A stretch of DNA of 62,438 bases, the filler included. It is 13 parts of 13 records of this genome, joined end to end, with 100 filler letters (N's around TTAATTAATTAA, not from the genome) between each part and the next. Parts side by side here need not be neighbours in the genome. Positions count along the whole stretch, not along the records: positions 58,686 to 62,438 come from SRR15195285_6943; 12 more parts are not named here. One strand, 5' to 3'. This document shows positions 58,770 through 62,438 of this stretch, piece by piece (positions within the stretch are counted from its first letter, which is position 1; every line of letters begins with the position of its first letter). Below the pieces are notes generated by a model. That model saw nothing but the letters and a program-made list of their open reading frames with translations. It was not told the DNA's origin and did no database searches. The position numbers were made by a program, and so were the translations under genes.

Positions 58770-61700
58770 ATGCAGCTGACGCTGGCGGTGCTGTCCATCC
58801 TGACAAGCGCGGGTGCGAGCGCGACTGATCTGCCAACTAGCGAGGGCGCCGGTGGATCTGTTGACATCAATAGCCTAACTGGTCCAGGAACCTGCAGCTT
58901 CGAGATCCACAACGCCAGCGGCTGTACCGCCGCGGGGCACTTTGCAAACCCGAAGGCGGGGAGCGCGGCCGAGTGCTGCGCTCACTGTAGCGAAGAGCCA
59001 GGGTGCAGTGCGTGGTCGTTCCACGCAGAAGTTGCGGAGTGCTACCTCGCTACAAACCCTAAGCTCGCGAAGAATGCAAACACGAAGGACACCACCTGTG
59101 GATGCAAGCATGCTGGCTGCAGCACTGGACCGCCCGCGCCAGCGCCCCCGGTTGGAAAGTGCGAGCCCGTGTGGCGTCCACCGAAGCCCACCACTATACC
59201 CCTACCCGCTGGAAAGACCCGTCCGCATATTGTGACCGTTCTGGTGGACGACCTTGGTTTCGCGGATGCGTCGATTCGCGCGGACCATCAGAGCTTTAGC
59301 CAGTGCCCAGGGTCTGGCTGCGTCACGCCTCACCTGCAGGCACTCCGGAAGGAGGGAATCTTGCTCGATCGCCATCACACCTTCCTTTGGTGCTCACCAA
59401 CCCGTCGGAGTTTCCTCACCGGTCGCTACCCGGTTCACGTGACAGGAACACAAGCCCCCACCTGCTCCAATCTTACTCCACTCCAATTCACAATCCTCTC
59501 GGAGAAGCTGGCTGCCGGCGATTACGAATCGCATTTCATCGGCAAGGGGCATTTGGGTTATTGGACTACAGATCATCTGCCCGTTAACCGCGGATTCCAT
59601 GGACATCTAGGTTTCCTTGGAGGTGGCGAATCGTACATCCACGGTTTGATGACCCGCTGTGGAGACGGTGGCATAGCTGATATGTGGCACGATCACCAGC
59701 CGGCGGTGGACCTGGTCGGTGGCGACTTTTACAACACAAACTTTTTCACGTCTGGAGCGGTCGACGCTATCAAAAACCGGAACATAAGCAAGCCACTCTG
59801 GCTCCATTTGTTGCACCAAGCTGTACATACAGGCGATCACCGCAGCCCACCGGAGTGGGAGCAGTGGCCTGGACAGCCAGACTACATGTCCGCTCTGCAC
59901 GTGCTGGACGATGGAATCGGCAATCTTACGGCACAATTGCGCGAATCGAAGTTGTGGGATAACACAATATTCATGCTGAGCGCTGACAATGGCGGCGACT
60001 GCGGCTACAAGTCGGGCTTCGCTTCGAACTATCCTCTGTGCGTATGCCGTCGGGTCGAGTGCCTCTGAGAAACCTCTCGTCTGTCTACCCTTACTCTGTC
60101 CTATGCTTGCGACTTTCTACAGACTTGGTCGAAAGTGTCAGAGCTACGATGGGGGGACGCGCACGGCGGCGTTCGTTGCAGGTGGACTCATCCCAGTAAC
60201 ACTGCACGGCACCACCAATGACGACCTGTTTCACGTGGCCGACTGGTACTACACGCTAAGCAAGTTGGCTGGGGTTGACCCAACCGACGATTGGACTGAC
60301 CCTGAGACAAACCTCACCCATGGAATTGATGGGGTAGATATTTGGCCATCGTTGATGGGCACTGGGAAGCTGGAGCGTGAATTTCTCCCGACTTCATGCC
60401 GCTCAATCCTGTGGGACAATTCCATTGCATTGCAGGGAGTCCCCTCCCCTAGGAAGATGTGGAAGCTCATATTGCTTGAGCGCCGTGCAAACCGATTCCA
60501 CTTGAATGGCTCGCAGTATCTTGACACCGCCCTACCGTGCGTCAACACCACGGATGGTCCGCCTAAACCAGTCGGCAACGATTCGAGCACGAATGTTCCT
60601 TGGGGAAACGGATGCATTGTCTGCAGCCCAGAGAAGCCGTGCCTTTTCGAAGTGATCTCCGATCCGAGCGAGACCGTAAACCTTGCTGCGGCAAACCCGG
60701 GCGTCGTCGCAACGATGGCGAGAACACTCGAGACCTTCAAACCGTATGTGCCAACGCTTACGCCGAACAATCTTGCATGCTACGACTGTGGCGATGGGCC
60801 GCGCGCACCGCCAGTGCTCTTCTGGCAGAACTTCAGTGGGCCGTGCTGTGTGTCGAGGAAGGCGTCCCAAGGTGGCGTCAAGACCGACGACGCTGTCGCA
60901 TCAATTGAGGTTCCTCTTGAAGTTCCAGCGTCACCGCCCGCGGGTGGCACGATCACGATCGCTCGCGGAGTTGACATGCCCATCATTTCAAACGGCTACA
61001 GCCCCTTTACTGCAAATGGCAACACGACTACTGCGCTCGAGGAATGGTTTCGTGTCGGCGGTCGCTCGGTGGATACTGCATTCGAATACAGCAACGAGCC
61101 GTGGGTGGGTGATGCCGTCCGAGCTGCAGTCGCAAGTGGTCTGTCGCGGAAGGAGATTTTCGTCATCACAAAAATCAAATGCCAAGGGACTACGGAGGGC
61201 GCGCTGGCGCTGGTTCGTGAAGACCTGAAGCGGTTGCAGCTCGACTACGTGGATCTTGTCATCATCCACGGACCAGGCTTCGTCGACCCTCAGTCTGGTG
61301 GCTCGCGCCAGTGTGATGGCTGGCGCTTCAATCCAGACTGGAAAGACAAGGGCTGCTGCAAGACAGTAGAGGACCTCCAGGCTACTTACCGAGGTCTTGA
61401 GCTTGCGGTCGCTCAAAACTTATCTCGGGCCATTGGTGTCTCCAACTTTCAGACCAAACAACTTGAGGCGATTGTGGCGAACGCGACAATTCCACCAGCG
61501 GTTAATCAGATGCAAATGTTTGTGGGCTGCAGCACCGCTTGGTGCATGACGAATAACGAGACGATAGCAGCGGGAAAAAAGCACGGTACAAAACCCTCAG
61601 GCCACCATTTAAAAGACTGACAGACTTTGTCATGACGCAGTTGCTAAGAACAGCTGCGTTTGCTGTGGCAGGCACTGTGTTCCAGGCCTACTCGCCACTT

Positions 61701-61916
61701 GGACATGGTAAGGCGATGAAAAATGCTGCGGTGGTGAAGATCGCTGCGGACCACAAAGTCTCGGCCGCACAAGTGGCGTTGGCTTGGATCGTGCAGCAAG
61801 GGCACGCGCTCGTCACGAGCAGCAATGACATGGAATATGACAAAGAAGACCTTGCTGTTAATGATCTCAAGCTGACCGATGCCGAGATACGAGAGCTCAA
61901 CTCTCAGCGTGACTAG
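58770..61916 (+). CDS. Secreted PAN/apple - S1 sulfatase (arylsulfatase B-like) - aldo-keto reductase fusion
   Basis: Signal peptide; CCAHCSEEPGCSAWSF..CYL; VDDLG, WCSPTR, GKGHLG, ADNGG, YDGGTR; then AKR motifs VDTAFEY, FVITK, IIHGP, AIGVSNF, PAVNQ, QAYSPLG; introns 60038-60122 and 61586-61671. Confidence 0.9.
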
Positions 61917-62438
61917 TTTGGACTTGCATTCGCCCAGTCTGTGTGACTGAGTGTCTGGAGATCCACTAGGGTGGCAACATGATTGCACCTTGTTTCGCTC
62001 AATGACCCTCTTTAGTAGTCCTGGCGTGCTCACTTGCACCACGGTGCAACATGTTGTGCTTCCTCGCCTAGCCGCGCTCGCAATTTTCTGGTAGCACATT
62101 GGTGCATTGCTCATTCCACTACGGGTAATATCTACATATTAGTTATAGCAGAGATTCGTCCGCACTCTAGGAGTGGTCTTATGCAGGCCGCAATGCTGCT
62201 CAGCCTCAGACATGAGCCGCCGGCGGGGTTTGAACCGCCCCGCAGGCAAACGCGGCAAGCAGATAGGCCGTGGAGCGGCTCAGCTGCCGCCACCGTCACC
62301 TGTCCACGTGGGCTGCTGGGTGGGTGCGTTACCGACCGGGCATAGTGTACCAAGTGTACATTATTACGCTGCTGGTACCCACTATATGCCCGACCATTAG
62401 GAGCATTGTGCCCTCTCGATCTTGGCGTGACACAGGGC

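Noticed and set aside
1-62438. Gene cluster of Ca2+/flagellar genes or CAZymes across the window
   Set aside because: The genes lie on separate concatenated contigs, so their order carries no linkage information.

Overview
This window is not one locus. It is 13 short eukaryotic contigs (about 3-8 kb each) joined by 12 artificial 100-bp spacers (N44-TTAATTAATTAA-N44), so adjacency across a spacer means nothing. The DNA is gene-dense and GC-rich, with short GT-AG introns that often have GTGCG donors. Flagellar/centrosomal genes (KIF6, CCDC103, a PG-repeat protein, an Sfi1-like protein) and many secreted hydrolases (GH76, GH65-like, GtaA-like, pectinesterase, sulfatase, phosphoesterase) suggest a flagellated protist, probably heterotrophic. 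A Picozoa-type single-cell or metagenome assembly is my unverified guess. About 23 protein genes are recognisable, many cut off at contig ends. Main points of interest: (1) several non-coding, strongly base-paired intergenic elements, most with strand-specific G-U pairs, the best being a ~315-nt multi-helix element at 16071-16383; two lie inside a shared CAGTGCCCAG terminus that resembles Transib/RSS ends; (2) a secreted sulfatase fused to an aldo-keto reductase through a KTDD linker, a candidate polyprotein; (3) two voltage-gated channel-like genes fused to C2 domains, one also carrying a cyclic-nucleotide-binding domain; (4) an in-frame fusion of mitochondrial-type BCKDH E1 alpha and beta. 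Exon boundaries and RNA folds were read by eye and are approximate.
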